Source of the DNA: Escherichia coli O157:H7
GTDB taxonomy: Bacteria; Pseudomonadota; Gammaproteobacteria; Enterobacterales; Enterobacteriaceae
Reading direction: 5' to 3' (one strand)
Length of the DNA: 64,000 nt
Assembly (NCBI GenBank): GCA_013403045.1
Contig: GCA_013403045.1_3037.1
Part shown: piece by piece, positions 10,902 to 20,590 of the stretch
Position numbering within the stretch: position 1 is the first letter of the stretch
Layout of the letters: every line of letters starts with the position of its first letter
Program-made: the position numbers and the translations under genes
The notes under the pieces: generated by a model
Database searches by the model: none
Told to the model about the DNA's origin: nothing
What the model saw: only the letters and a program-made list of their open reading frames with translations

Positions 10902-11128
10902 TGAGATATAACATTGATGACGCTTTTAATTATGAAGAAGAATTTGAAACGGAAATTCAATTCTTAATGAAAAAGCATAATCTTAAGCGTCAGGATATTC
11001 GTATCCTGGCCGACCACCCGTGTGGTGAAGATGTCCTTTATATTAAAGGAAAATTTGCCGGATATCTTGATGAATATTTTTATTCTAAAGATATGGGCAT
11101 TGATATGCATATGAGAGATATGGGGTAA
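10901..11128 (+). CDS. UvsY.-1-like small protein
   Basis: 75-aa ORF directly following uvsY. Confidence 0.7.
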   Translation: MRYNIDDAFNYEEEFETEIQFLMKKHNLKRQDIRILADHPCGEDVLYIKGKFAGYLDEYFYSKDMGIDMHMRDMG

Positions 11129-11130
11129 AT

Positions 11131-11223
11131 ATGACAAATTATAAAGAAGTATTTAGACTTTTAGCAGAAATGGAAGCATGTTTAAAGCTTGTACAAGAAA
11201 TGCGCTTTAAGATGGGGTTATAA
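11131..11223 (+). CDS. small ORF (30 aa), uvsY.-2-like
   Basis: ATG immediately after the upstream stop; not in the supplied ORF track, found by reading the sequence. Confidence 0.35.
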   Translation: MTNYKEVFRLLAEMEACLKLVQEMRFKMGL

Positions 11224-11251
11224 ATAGATATATAATTCAGAGGAGACAATC

Positions 11252-11419
11252 ATGTCAGATAAGATTTGTGTTGTCTGTAAAACTCCAATCGATTCTGCAT
11301 TGGTTGTTGAAACAGACAAAGGTCCTGTACATCCTGGGCCTTGCTATAATTACATTAAAGAACTACCAGTTTCAGAAAGTTCGGAAGAACAATTAAATGA
11401 AACACAACTTTTGCTATAG
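11252..11419 (+). CDS. small Cys-containing protein (55 aa)
   Basis: GAGGAG ribosome-binding site then ATG; CxxC ... C pattern; hairpin with T-run downstream. Confidence 0.5.
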   Translation: MSDKICVVCKTPIDSALVVETDKGPVHPGPCYNYIKELPVSESSEEQLNETQLLL

Positions 11420-11442
11420 TGTGACCTTTAGTCTATAGTTTT

Positions 11443-11470
11443 GGCCCTTCCTTTTTGGTTGGGCCTTTTT
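11443..11470. terminator. hairpin plus T-run between convergent small ORF and uvsW.1
   Basis: GGCCC ... GGGCC stem followed by TTTTTT; weak stem. Confidence 0.4.
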
Positions 11471-11474
11471 TAAT

Positions 11475-11708
11475 TTAAAAGCTTTCTTCTACTTCATCAT
11501 CGTCTGAATCTTCTAATTCAGCTCTTTTTCCTGCCAAAGCATCTCTCACAGAGATGTCATCAGTATCTTTTAATTCAGTTTCTTTAACTCTTTTCTTATA
11601 ATAAGCTTCAAGTTCTTCTAAACCTTCTATCGTTTGGCAAGAGGCAATTTTACCCATAAATTCATCAATAGAAGCTTCATAAAGAAATTGTTTAAATTCT
11701 AGTAACAT
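11475..11708 (-). CDS. uvsW.1: UvsW.1
   Basis: ORF track starts at a TTG (11720); the ATG at 11708 with a GGAG ribosome-binding site gives 77 aa, directly downstream of uvsW. Confidence 0.7.
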   Translation of the reverse strand: MLLEFKQFLYEASIDEFMGKIASCQTIEGLEELEAYYKKRVKETELKDTDDISVRDALAGKRAELEDSDDDEVEESF

Positions 11709-11733
11709 CTTTTTCTCCAAAGGGCCGAAGCCC

Positions 11734-13242
11734 TTATAAATTAACTGTTTTCATTACGTAATTAAATTTTTCATCTGCGTAGCGCTGAATACGATCAATG
11801 CCGTGTTTTAAAAGATAGTTCAAATGAACATATTTCTTTTTCGTATTAGCAGATTTTGGCTTAACACCACAATCATCTATGAGGTCCCAGACTGTTGCTA
11901 TTGTCTTAGAACCATGCTTACGTAATACACGACCGATTGTTTGTAATACAATGATTTTTGATTTAACACCGTGCGCTAAAACAACGTGATGCAGATTTTT
12001 AACTGAAATACCAGTAGAAAATACACCATAACTAGCTACTATAATTATTCCTTTACCATTTTCAGCTAAGGTTTTCATTATATTGCGGGTTTCGGTATCA
12101 ACTTCCCCTGATACGTAATAAACTTTATCGTATTCATTTTTAATTAAATCGAAAATAGCTTTACCATGTGATACATGTTTAAACATGACAAAAGCGTTTT
12201 CATCTTTTTGCGCAAGCTTAATAGCTAATTTAGCGATCCATTTATTTCTTTTACTAAGCCCAGTAATAATTTTTATTTCTTCTTGATAAGTTTTTCCCTT
12301 TAATTTAGTAGTGAACTCATCGGGATAGCGAAGAAAAATACTATTAATTTTTAGCTCAGTTACTTGCCCATCTTCCATTAATTTAGAAGTCGTTACTGGC
12401 TTAAATATTTCACCAAACAATCCAACATACTGCATGATATTGGCTTTGCCATCACGTAATGAACCTGATAGACCAAATTTAAACATACAGTTATTTAAAC
12501 CAGATATGATAGATGAAATACTTTTTCCTGTAGCAAGATGGCATTCATCATTCATCATCATTCCAAACTGTGAGAACCATTCTTTTGGTTGTTTAACTAC
12601 AGTTTGCCATGTACCAACAACGACTGGTGCATCATTTTTATATTTATCATCTTTTGATGCTCCTCCGCCAATTTTCTTTATCATTGCATGACTGAATAAA
12701 CGATAGTCAACGAAGTCATCAGCCATCTGAGTTGTCAGAGCAGTTGTTGGAACAATGATAAGAATTTTACCTTCATAATTTTCCAAATAATACCGAGCAA
12801 GCAGAGCTTGAATTAACGATTTACCAGCGGATGTTGGAAGATTAAGAATTCTACGACGATTAACTAATCCTTCGAACACTGCATCTTTTTGATACCAGTG
12901 TGGTTCAATTCTTTTATTTCCTGAATAGATTTCTAATTTAGAAAGCCATTCATCAAAATCTTTTCTTGATAATTCTTCTTTTTCATTAATTTGTGGGTCA
13001 ATCCAGGCTTTATAGCCAAAGTTATCACAGAACTTTTTAATTTGCCCGACTAAGCCGAATGGAAGAAGACGATTATAATCTAAAAGACGGATTCGTCCAT
13101 CCCAGTTGCCATATCTGAAGCGAGGGTTAAATCTATATCCATCGGCCTCAAACGAAAAGAAATCTCTTAATTCGTGGAACGTGCTCTCTTCACAATCGAT
13201 GCGTACATGACTGAAGTCGTGAAAATGTACTTTAATATCCAT
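11734..13242 (-). CDS. uvsW: UvsW RNA-DNA / DNA helicase
   Basis: 502 aa, matches T4 UvsW length; helicase motifs (GKS, DECH). Confidence 0.9.
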   Translation of the reverse strand: MDIKVHFHDFSHVRIDCEESTFHELRDFFSFEADGYRFNPRFRYGNWDGRIRLLDYNRLLPFGLVGQIKKFCDNFGYKAWIDPQINEKEELSRKDFDEWLSKLEIYSGNKRIEPHWYQKDAVFEGLVNRRRILNLPTSAGKSLIQALLARYYLENYEGKILIIVPTTALTTQMADDFVDYRLFSHAMIKKIGGGASKDDKYKNDAPVVVGTWQTVVKQPKEWFSQFGMMMNDECHLATGKSISSIISGLNNCMFKFGLSGSLRDGKANIMQYVGLFGEIFKPVTTSKLMEDGQVTELKINSIFLRYPDEFTTKLKGKTYQEEIKIITGLSKRNKWIAKLAIKLAQKDENAFVMFKHVSHGKAIFDLIKNEYDKVYYVSGEVDTETRNIMKTLAENGKGIIIVASYGVFSTGISVKNLHHVVLAHGVKSKIIVLQTIGRVLRKHGSKTIATVWDLIDDCGVKPKSANTKKKYVHLNYLLKHGIDRIQRYADEKFNYVMKTVNL

Positions 13243-13244
13243 AA

Positions 13245-13862
13245 TTATGCCTTACTAAATTTGCCTTTAGAATCTCTTTTCATGAGACGACCTTTAATAA
13301 ATCCGTCGGGAATAATACCGTCTGGTTGTATTAATTTATTTATTGCGCCATTATTGACCCAAAAAGTTCCTGTGGTAGTCGGTTTGACTTTACATCCTTT
13401 TCTGGACTTTCTATTAGGATGAACCATCCCTTTTACAAATCCTTCTGGAACAAGTTCTCCAGGTTTAATAAAAATATTTTTAGTTCCATTAGTGTAACAA
13501 GTTTTACCTAATACCGTGCCTGGTGAGTTTTCAAATCTTTTAGCGGAAGATTCTTTCATCTTTGCTATAACCTCTGTAGTCATAACAATTCCACCAATTC
13601 CACCAGGTTTCATATTATAATAATTTTTGCTTTTTATTAGTTCAGGAGTTATAATTTCTTCTTCATACATGTACGCTTCTTCGGAAGTTTTAAACTCTTT
13701 TAGTATTGTTCTAGAGAAATTGTTTTCACCATATTTCTTTATAGCCTGCTGAATTGCCTTACCGGAACCAAGGTAACCATCATTCAAGTCATCAGTAGAG
13801 TGTTTTCCTATATACTTTTTACCATTTATTAGATTTGTTGTTTCATATACAAAGTGGTACAT
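13245..13862 (-). CDS. segE: GIY-YIG homing endonuclease SegE-like
   Basis: N-terminal GIY-YIG module (YIGKH ... Y ... E); sits between uvsW and inh as segE does in T4. Confidence 0.8.
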   Translation of the reverse strand: MYHFVYETTNLINGKKYIGKHSTDDLNDGYLGSGKAIQQAIKKYGENNFSRTILKEFKTSEEAYMYEEEIITPELIKSKNYYNMKPGGIGGIVMTTEVIAKMKESSAKRFENSPGTVLGKTCYTNGTKNIFIKPGELVPEGFVKGMVHPNRKSRKGCKVKPTTTGTFWVNNGAINKLIQPDGIIPDGFIKGRLMKRDSKGKFSKA

Positions 13863-13911
13863 ACTATTTTCCGAGTAATAAATATATCTATATTTATACT
13901 GAGGAAATATT

Positions 13912-14592
13912 ATGATAGATAAAGATTATATTGCAGAGCTGAAGGCTCTTGATGATAACAAAGAAGCTAAAGCTAAATTAGCTGAATATGCTGAACAGTT
14001 TGGTATAAAGGTCAAAAAGAATAAATCTTTTGATAATATCGTTGTTGATATTGAAGAAGCCCTCCAGAAGCTCGCTAGTGAACCTATGCCAGAGACTGAT
14101 GGGTTATCTATTAAAGACTTAATTGATGCTGCTGATGCTGCAGAGGGATTAAAATATGACGATGAAGAAGTTAATCCAGAAGCAGCACTTCTGATTGATT
14201 CTCCAGTTAAATCTGATATTAAAATTGAAGTGGTAGAAACGGATAAAATTCCTGAAAATACTGATGTTTTGATTGAAGACACTCCTTTTGTTGAAGAAAA
14301 GTTTGAACAAGCTGTAGATAAGATTATTGAATCTGAAAAGCCGTCTGTATTTACTCTTCCGGAAAACTTTAGCCCGAATCTTCAGCTGATTGGAAAAAAT
14401 CCAGGATTCTGCACTGTTCCTTGGTGGATTTATCAATGGATTGCTGAAACTCCGGATTGGAAATCTCACCCAACTAGTTTTGAGCATGCGTCAGCACACC
14501 AAACTTTATTTAGCTTAATTTATTACATTAATCGCGATGGATCAGTTTTAATTCGTGAAACACGCAACTCTTCTTTCGTAACATTAAAATAA
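13912..14592 (+). CDS. inh: Inh, inhibitor of prohead protease
   Basis: 226 aa; synteny and length match T4 Inh. Confidence 0.85.
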   Translation: MIDKDYIAELKALDDNKEAKAKLAEYAEQFGIKVKKNKSFDNIVVDIEEALQKLASEPMPETDGLSIKDLIDAADAAEGLKYDDEEVNPEAALLIDSPVKSDIKIEVVETDKIPENTDVLIEDTPFVEEKFEQAVDKIIESEKPSVFTLPENFSPNLQLIGKNPGFCTVPWWIYQWIAETPDWKSHPTSFEHASAHQTLFSLIYYINRDGSVLIRETRNSSFVTLK

Positions 14593-14601
14593 GGATAACT
14601 T

Positions 14602-16026
14602 ATGGCTTTTACAGTTGATATAACTCCTAAAACACCGACAGGGGTTATTGATGAAACCAAGCAGTTTACTGCTGCACCCAGTGGTCAAACTGAAGGTGGA
14701 ACTATTACCTATGCTTGGAGTGTAGATAATGTTCCACAGGATGGAGCTGAAGCAACTTTTAGTTATGTACTAAAAGGACCTGCCGGTCAAAAGACTATTA
14801 AAGTCGTTGCAACAAATACAGTTCCAGAATCTGAATCTGAACCTGAAACAGCAGAAGATACGACAACTATCACAGTTCAAAATAAGACACAGACTACTAC
14901 AATAACAGTAACTCCTGATAGTCCTTCGGAAGGAGTAATCGGAACAGCTGTTCAATTTACCGCTGCCTTAGATTCACAGCCGCCAGGTGCATCTGCTACG
15001 TATCAATGACACGTCGACGGTTCTCCTGTGGGAGAAGCAACTGACGCTACATTTAACTATACTCCTGCCACAAGCGGAGTTAAAAAAATTAAGTGTGTAG
15101 CTCAAGTAACTGCGACAGATTATGATACAAAGACCGTTACTTCTGACGAAGTGTCGCTGACTGTTAACAAGAAAACCCAAGCGACTACTTTAGTTGTAAC
15201 TCCTAATAGTCCTTCAGCTGGAGTAATTGGAACTCCAGTTCAATTTACTGCTGCCTTAGCTTCTCAACCTGATGGAGCGTCTGCTACATATAAGTGGTAT
15301 GTAGATGATTCTCAAATTGGTGGAGAAACTAACTCTACATTTAACTATACTCCAACTACAAGTGGAGTAAAAAGAATTAAATGTGTAGCGCAAGTAACTG
15401 CAGAAAATTACAATGAAAAGGAAGTTACTTCTAATGAAGTATCATTGACAGTTAATAAGAAGACAATGAATCCACAGGTTACATTGACTCCTCCTTCTAT
15501 TAACGTTCAGCAAGATGCTTCGGCTACATTTACGGCTAATGTTACTGGAGCACCTGAAGCAGCACAAATTACTTATTCATGGAAGAAAGATTCTTCTCCT
15601 GTAGAAGGGTCAACTAACGTATACACCGTTGACACCTCATCTATTGGAAGTCAAACTATTGAAGTTACTGCTGTCGTTACAGCAACCGACTATGATAGTA
15701 AAACAGTTAAAACAACAGGTCAAGTTCAGGTAACTGATAAAGTTGCTCCGGAACCAGAAGGTGAATTGCCTTATGTTCATCCTCTTCCACATCGTACTTC
15801 AGCTTATATCTGGTGCGGTTGGTGGGTTATGGATGAAATCCAAAAAATGACTGAAGAAGGTAAAGATTGGAAAACTGAAGATCCAGATAGTAAGTACTAC
15901 TTGCATCGTTATACGCTTCAGAAGATGATGAAAGATTATTCAGAAGTTGATGTTCAAGAATCACGTAATGGATACATCATCCATAAAACTGCTTTAGAAA
16001 CTGGTATCATCTATACTTATCCATAA
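14602..16026 (+). CDS. hoc: Hoc outer capsid protein with Ig-like repeats, interrupted by an in-frame TGA at 15007-15009 (possible pseudogene or leaky opal)
   Basis: N-terminus MAFTVDITPKTPTGVIDETKQFTA and C-terminus ...HKTALETGIIYTYP match T4 Hoc. The two track ORFs (14602-15009 and 15028-16026) are in the same frame, separated by one TGA. Confidence 0.8.
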
Positions 16027-16030
16027 TCGA

Positions 16031-16058
16031 AAGGGGCTTCGGCCCCTTTCTTCATTTT
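16031..16058 (+). terminator. rho-independent terminator after hoc (UUCG tetraloop)
   Basis: AAGGGGC-TTCG-GCCCCTT followed by TCTTCATTTT. Confidence 0.7.
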
Positions 16059-16115
16059 GAAAGCACACAAAACACAATCAGAAAATGATGTATATAATGG
16101 CACCAACTCGATAAC

Positions 16116-16331
16116 ATGAGATTGATTATGAGAACTGAAGTTGTGGTGTTTACACTTCATGAGTCTGGAAAGTCATTCATTGAAATTGCTCGTGAATTAA
16201 ACTTACAGGCGAAAGAAGTGGCTGTATTATGGGCTCGAGCTATGACTGCAAAGAATAAATTTGAGACTCGAGAAAAAGTTGTCTATAGAAAAAGACACAT
16301 TAATAAAAAGGTGAAAAATGGAACAGTATGA
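16116..16331 (+). CDS. hypothetical protein (24.3-like)
   Basis: 71-aa ORF at the T4 24.3 position. Confidence 0.55.
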   Translation: MRLIMRTEVVVFTLHESGKSFIEIARELNLQAKEVAVLWARAMTAKNKFETREKVVYRKRHINKKVKNGTV

Positions 16332-16596
16332 TCTTTATGAAAATGAATCTTTTGCTAATCAATTACGTGAAAAAGCATTAAAAAGTAAACAGTTTAAGCT
16401 AGAGTGTTTTATTAAAGATTTTTCAGAACTTGCTAATAAAGCAGCTGAACAAGGTAAAACATATTTTAGTTATTATTGTACTGCTCGTGATAAATTGATT
16501 ACTGAAGAAATTGGTGATTGGCTGAGAAAAGAAGGATTTAATTTTAAAGTCAATAGTGATCAGCGTGATGGTGATTGGTTAGAAATTACATTTTGA
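16318..16596 (+). CDS. hypothetical protein (24.2-like)
   Basis: 92-aa ORF at the T4 24.2 position. Confidence 0.55.
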   Translation: MEQYDLYENESFANQLREKALKSKQFKLECFIKDFSELANKAAEQGKTYFSYYCTARDKLITEEIGDWLRKEGFNFKVNSDQRDGDWLEITF

Positions 16597-16605
16597 GGAT
16601 TAATT

Positions 16606-17610
16606 ATGTTTAAAAAGTATAGCAGTCTTGAAAATCATTACAACTCTAAATTTATTGAAAAACTTTATAGCTTGGGATTGACTGGCGGCGAATGGGTAGC
16701 TCGTGAAAAGATTCACGGCACAAATTTCTCATTGATTATTGAGCGTGATAAAGTAACTTGCGCTAAACGTACTGGACCGATTCTTCCTGCTGAAGATTTC
16801 TTTGGGTATGAAATTATTCTAAAGAATTACGCTGATTCCATTAAAGCAGTACAAGATATTATGGAAACTTCAGCGGTTGTATCTTATCAAGTTTTTGGCG
16901 AATTCGCTGGACCTGGCATTCAGAAGAATGTTGATTATGGTGATAAAGATTTCTATGTATTTGACATTATTGTCACTACAGAAAGTGGTGACATGACTTA
17001 TGTCGATGATTATATGATGGAATCATTCTGCAATACATTTAAATTTAAAATGGCTCCACTTTTAGGTCGCGGTAAATTTGAAGAGCTTATTAAATTGCCA
17101 AATGATTTAGATTCTGTCGTCCAAGATTATAATTTTACAGTAGACCATGCTGGATTAGTTGATGCAAATAAATGCGTTTGGAATGCCGAAGCCAAAGGCG
17201 AAGTATTTACCGCTGAAGGATATGTATTGAAACCTTGTTATCCTTCTTGGCTGCCTAATCGCAATCGTGTAGCCATCAAATGCAAGAATTCTAAATTTAG
17301 TGAAAAGAAAAAGTCTGATAAGCCTATTAAAGCTAAAGTTGAATTGTCAGAAGCTGATAACAAATTGGTGGGAATTTTAGCTTGTTACGTTACACTGAAC
17401 CGAGTAAATAACGTTATTTCTAAAATTGGCGAAATTGGTCCAAAGGATTTTGGAAAGGTGATGGGGCTAACTGTCCAAGATATTTTGGAAGAAACTTCTC
17501 GTGAAGGTATTACTCTAACTCAAGCAGATAATCCTTCTTTGATTAAAAAGGAATTAGTTAAAATGGTGCAAGATGTACTTCGTCCAGCTTGGATTGAGTT
17601 GGTGAGCTAA
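16606..17610 (+). CDS. rnlB: RNA ligase 2
   Basis: 334 aa; KIHGTN nucleotidyltransferase motif I; synteny next to gene 24. Confidence 0.9.
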   Translation: MFKKYSSLENHYNSKFIEKLYSLGLTGGEWVAREKIHGTNFSLIIERDKVTCAKRTGPILPAEDFFGYEIILKNYADSIKAVQDIMETSAVVSYQVFGEFAGPGIQKNVDYGDKDFYVFDIIVTTESGDMTYVDDYMMESFCNTFKFKMAPLLGRGKFEELIKLPNDLDSVVQDYNFTVDHAGLVDANKCVWNAEAKGEVFTAEGYVLKPCYPSWLPNRNRVAIKCKNSKFSEKKKSDKPIKAKVELSEADNKLVGILACYVTLNRVNNVISKIGEIGPKDFGKVMGLTVQDILEETSREGITLTQADNPSLIKKELVKMVQDVLRPAWIELVS

Positions 17611-17614
17611 ATAA

Positions 17615-17640
17615 AAAGGGACCGAAAGGTCCCTTTGTTT
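17615..17640. terminator. bidirectional terminator between convergent rnlB and gene 24
   Basis: AAAGGGACC-GAAA-GGTCCCTTT with T-runs on both sides. Confidence 0.7.
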
Positions 17641-18923
17641 TATTCATCGATAATAATTTTTGGTAATTTAACACCTAATAAAACAGACAAATCTGAACGA
17701 CCCGCCATTTTATCCATGTCTCCACCATCAATTACTCTTGCTTCTTTTTCATCTTTTGCTACGGTATAAGGATTTGCAGATAAAGCATATCTAACTAATA
17801 AACCGATAGACGGTTGTAAGCTTTCTGGATCAACAACAACTTTAAATGCACCTACATGTTCAGGGTCATCTAAGTCGAGACCTTCTGTATACGGAGCATA
17901 GAAAATTGATCCAACAATTTCTTTTTCACCGATATTTTCTACTACGCCAACGATTACATAATCTAATGGGCTGTTAGTATCGCAATAAAGCGGTAAACCA
18001 TTAGCTAAGAACCCGTAGGCATTTTGTGAAAGATATTTATCATCTTCTGGTTTATGTTTTAACCAACCAGATGCAGCAAGAATCGCAGCGGCACGAGCTG
18101 AAGCAACACAAAACGTTGCTGTATAAGTTGATTCTTTTTGGATATGCGAAACCATTTCACATACCATTCGGTATAATGAACGACCAGCTTCAGGTGCAGA
18201 TGCATAACTCAAATCAATGAATCCAGTATCAGTAATTCCTGTAACTTTATAACGTTTTGATACTGTAATCAAAGACTGCAGAATATCTTTATTGATTTCA
18301 TCTGCCATTTCAGTTGCAAGCAAATCTTCCAAGAAATTAGGAGCATCGAATCCATTTGCTTCTAAATCTTGTGCTAATTCAACTGTGATACCGGTTTTAA
18401 GTTTACGAGATTTAACTGCGGTTTGCCATTTATTAATCTGGAATCTAGCATCCGCAATTTCACTATCAGAGCTTTCAAATTTGCTTGTTGACGCTGCGTC
18501 AGAAAATAGACGAACCTTTAAAAGAACAATTGCAATCTGAAGAGCTAATTCTAAATCACTTTCTTCAATATCAGCAAATGGTGTATCTTCTAATACTTTA
18601 TAAACGATATTATTATATTTGAATAAATCGCCTTTATTGAGAGTTAATTTAGACTCTTCTGTTAATTCTGTGATTTGTTCTCGGTCTACATATCCAGCTT
18701 CGCCAGCGTAAGTAGCACCAGTTTTAAATGTAAATTCATTGTCTGGGTTAAGGTATTTGATACCATAAAAAGCAGCAACAGGTTGATTAGTTCTTTGCGT
18801 TGCTACAATGTCAGAATATATTAATTTAGTGGTAGCGCGAGTCAAAGCAACGAGATTTGGGCGACCGATTGAGTTGCTATTCGTTGTGGTTGATTCGCGC
18901 AGAAGTTCGTTGATTTTAGCCAT
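17640..18923 (-). CDS. 24: capsid vertex protein gp24
   Basis: 427 aa; synteny and length match T4 gp24. Confidence 0.9.
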   Translation of the reverse strand: MAKINELLRESTTTNSNSIGRPNLVALTRATTKLIYSDIVATQRTNQPVAAFYGIKYLNPDNEFTFKTGATYAGEAGYVDREQITELTEESKLTLNKGDLFKYNNIVYKVLEDTPFADIEESDLELALQIAIVLLKVRLFSDAASTSKFESSDSEIADARFQINKWQTAVKSRKLKTGITVELAQDLEANGFDAPNFLEDLLATEMADEINKDILQSLITVSKRYKVTGITDTGFIDLSYASAPEAGRSLYRMVCEMVSHIQKESTYTATFCVASARAAAILAASGWLKHKPEDDKYLSQNAYGFLANGLPLYCDTNSPLDYVIVGVVENIGEKEIVGSIFYAPYTEGLDLDDPEHVGAFKVVVDPESLQPSIGLLVRYALSANPYTVAKDEKEARVIDGGDMDKMAGRSDLSVLLGVKLPKIIIDE

Positions 18924-18950
18924 TGCGCTTTCCTTTCAGTTTATATGATT

Positions 18951-18958
18951 TATTTATA
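18951..18958 (-). promoter_or_regulatory. late promoter (TATAAATA) for gene 24
   Basis: TATTTATA on the plus strand about 30 nt upstream of the gene 24 start codon. Confidence 0.65.
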
Positions 18959-18973
18959 CCATAAAAACAACTA

Positions 18974-18993
18974 AAGGGACCCGAAGGTCCCTT
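18974..18993 (-). terminator. terminator hairpin downstream of gene 23
   Basis: GGGACC-TTCG-GGTCCC on the transcribed strand followed by a T-rich run. Confidence 0.7.
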
Positions 18994-19006
18994 AAATCGT
19001 CAAAGA

Positions 19007-20572
19007 TTAGATACCTTTAACATATACACGGCGGAAGTAAGCGTTCTTACCAAGGCTGTTCAGGATAGAAGGCATACCGCTCTGAATGCGAGAAGCCGGA
19101 GCCTGAGCAGCGGATTCTGCAAATGGGTTGATACCGATACCGTAACGAGTTTTGAATCCCATTACTGGTTGGAAGTTCTTCGGATCAGAACCACGCAGTG
19201 GAGTCAGAGCTACATATGGAGCGTAGTAAATACCAGCATCCATTTCGTTCGGACCTTTATAACCTACAGTGAAATAATCCTGTTTAGCATACTGGTCGAT
19301 ATATACACGGTATTTACCACCCAGAACACCAGCAAATACTGACTTGGTAGTATCAGTGTTAAAGCCAGTTGCCAGACCCTGTGCAGCATAAGAAATGCCG
19401 GTATCAACTGAAGCCAGAACGTTAACTACGTTACGGGAAGCGATAATGAAGTTACCTTCACCACGACCGGTCTGACGAGCGATTTCAACTGCTTCTTTAT
19501 CAATCTGGAACAACAGAGCTTTAAAGGATTCACCAGCCCAGCGAGCACCACGAATATCGATTGGGTCCTGGAAGTCAAATACACCAGCTTTAGAACCCGG
19601 AGTCAGGGTCATACCAGATTTACCAACCTGTGCTGAGTAGTTAATCCAATCAACAACTTCACGGTTGATTTCCAGCATAATTTCGGTAGCCAGAATACCA
19701 GACAGTTCAGCATCAGCATCCATACCATGAACAGCGCGGAGGTCTTGTGCTAATTCGATAGAGTAAGCAGCTTTCAGCTGGCGAGATTTAGCTTCGATAA
19801 CTTGTTTATCGATACGGAAGCCCATTTCATTCCATGGGTTATCGGTAGAACCATTGAAACCTTCCTGAAGTTCAGCGATAGAAGTAGCCATACCTTCAGC
19901 GATTTCTACCAGTACACCAGCTTCCATTTGTTTCTTGATTTCAGCATCTAATTTAGCTGCATCATTTGCACTAGTATCAATTTGCTTAACTTCTGTAGCT
20001 TGCAGATACACAGTACCAGTGTCCTGGAAGAAGTGAGTGTAAATAGTTCCGACTTCAAGAGTATCACTTGCTTTCAAAGCAGCGAATTTCTTAGCAGCAC
20101 CCTGACCAGAGAACATTGCATCTGGACCATACATTGGGTGGAATGCTTCTTTAGCGCCGGAAGCGATTGGATCTTTACCATATACTGCGCGCAGCGCGAA
20201 TACCTGGCCAGTCGGGCTGTTCATTGGCTGAACACCGCAAATATCGAAAGCAATCAGGTTAGGAATGGCACGACGTACCATACCCATAACAGCTGGGCCA
20301 ATCTGAGTTACTGCGCCAGAAGTCTGACCTGCAGCGATGTTGGTAGCATTGTAACCGTGGTCACCACCGATTTCAGCTTCTGTTAAGAAAGAACCGAATG
20401 CCTGAGCAATTTTTTCGTCTTTATATTCCGGAGCTGTCTGGAAATCTTTTTCCTGGTTTTCAAAGATTTTAGCGATAATCGCTTGTTTGCTATTAGCAAT
20501 TTCCGGTAAACCTTCACCTTCCAGTAATGGCTTCCATTTGTTCAAAAGTTCAGCTTTAGTTTTGATAGTCAT
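19007..20572 (-). CDS. 23: major capsid protein gp23
   Basis: 521 aa; N-terminus MTIKTKAELLNKWKPLLEGEGLPEIANSK matches T4 gp23 from memory. Confidence 0.97.
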   Translation of the reverse strand: MTIKTKAELLNKWKPLLEGEGLPEIANSKQAIIAKIFENQEKDFQTAPEYKDEKIAQAFGSFLTEAEIGGDHGYNATNIAAGQTSGAVTQIGPAVMGMVRRAIPNLIAFDICGVQPMNSPTGQVFALRAVYGKDPIASGAKEAFHPMYGPDAMFSGQGAAKKFAALKASDTLEVGTIYTHFFQDTGTVYLQATEVKQIDTSANDAAKLDAEIKKQMEAGVLVEIAEGMATSIAELQEGFNGSTDNPWNEMGFRIDKQVIEAKSRQLKAAYSIELAQDLRAVHGMDADAELSGILATEIMLEINREVVDWINYSAQVGKSGMTLTPGSKAGVFDFQDPIDIRGARWAGESFKALLFQIDKEAVEIARQTGRGEGNFIIASRNVVNVLASVDTGISYAAQGLATGFNTDTTKSVFAGVLGGKYRVYIDQYAKQDYFTVGYKGPNEMDAGIYYAPYVALTPLRGSDPKNFQPVMGFKTRYGIGINPFAESAAQAPASRIQSGMPSILNSLGKNAYFRRVYVKGI

Positions 20573-20590
20573 TTGTGTTAACCTTTAAAA

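Noticed and set aside
13926-14487. Minus-strand ORFs (118 and 112 aa) inside inh
   Set aside because: Antisense to inh, with Ser-rich or low-complexity translations; no support.
15007-15009. TGA in hoc as a selenocysteine or programmed recoding site
   Set aside because: No reason to expect a SECIS-like element, and the aligned residue in the paralogous repeat is Trp; a simple nonsense mutation or leaky opal is the simpler explanation.
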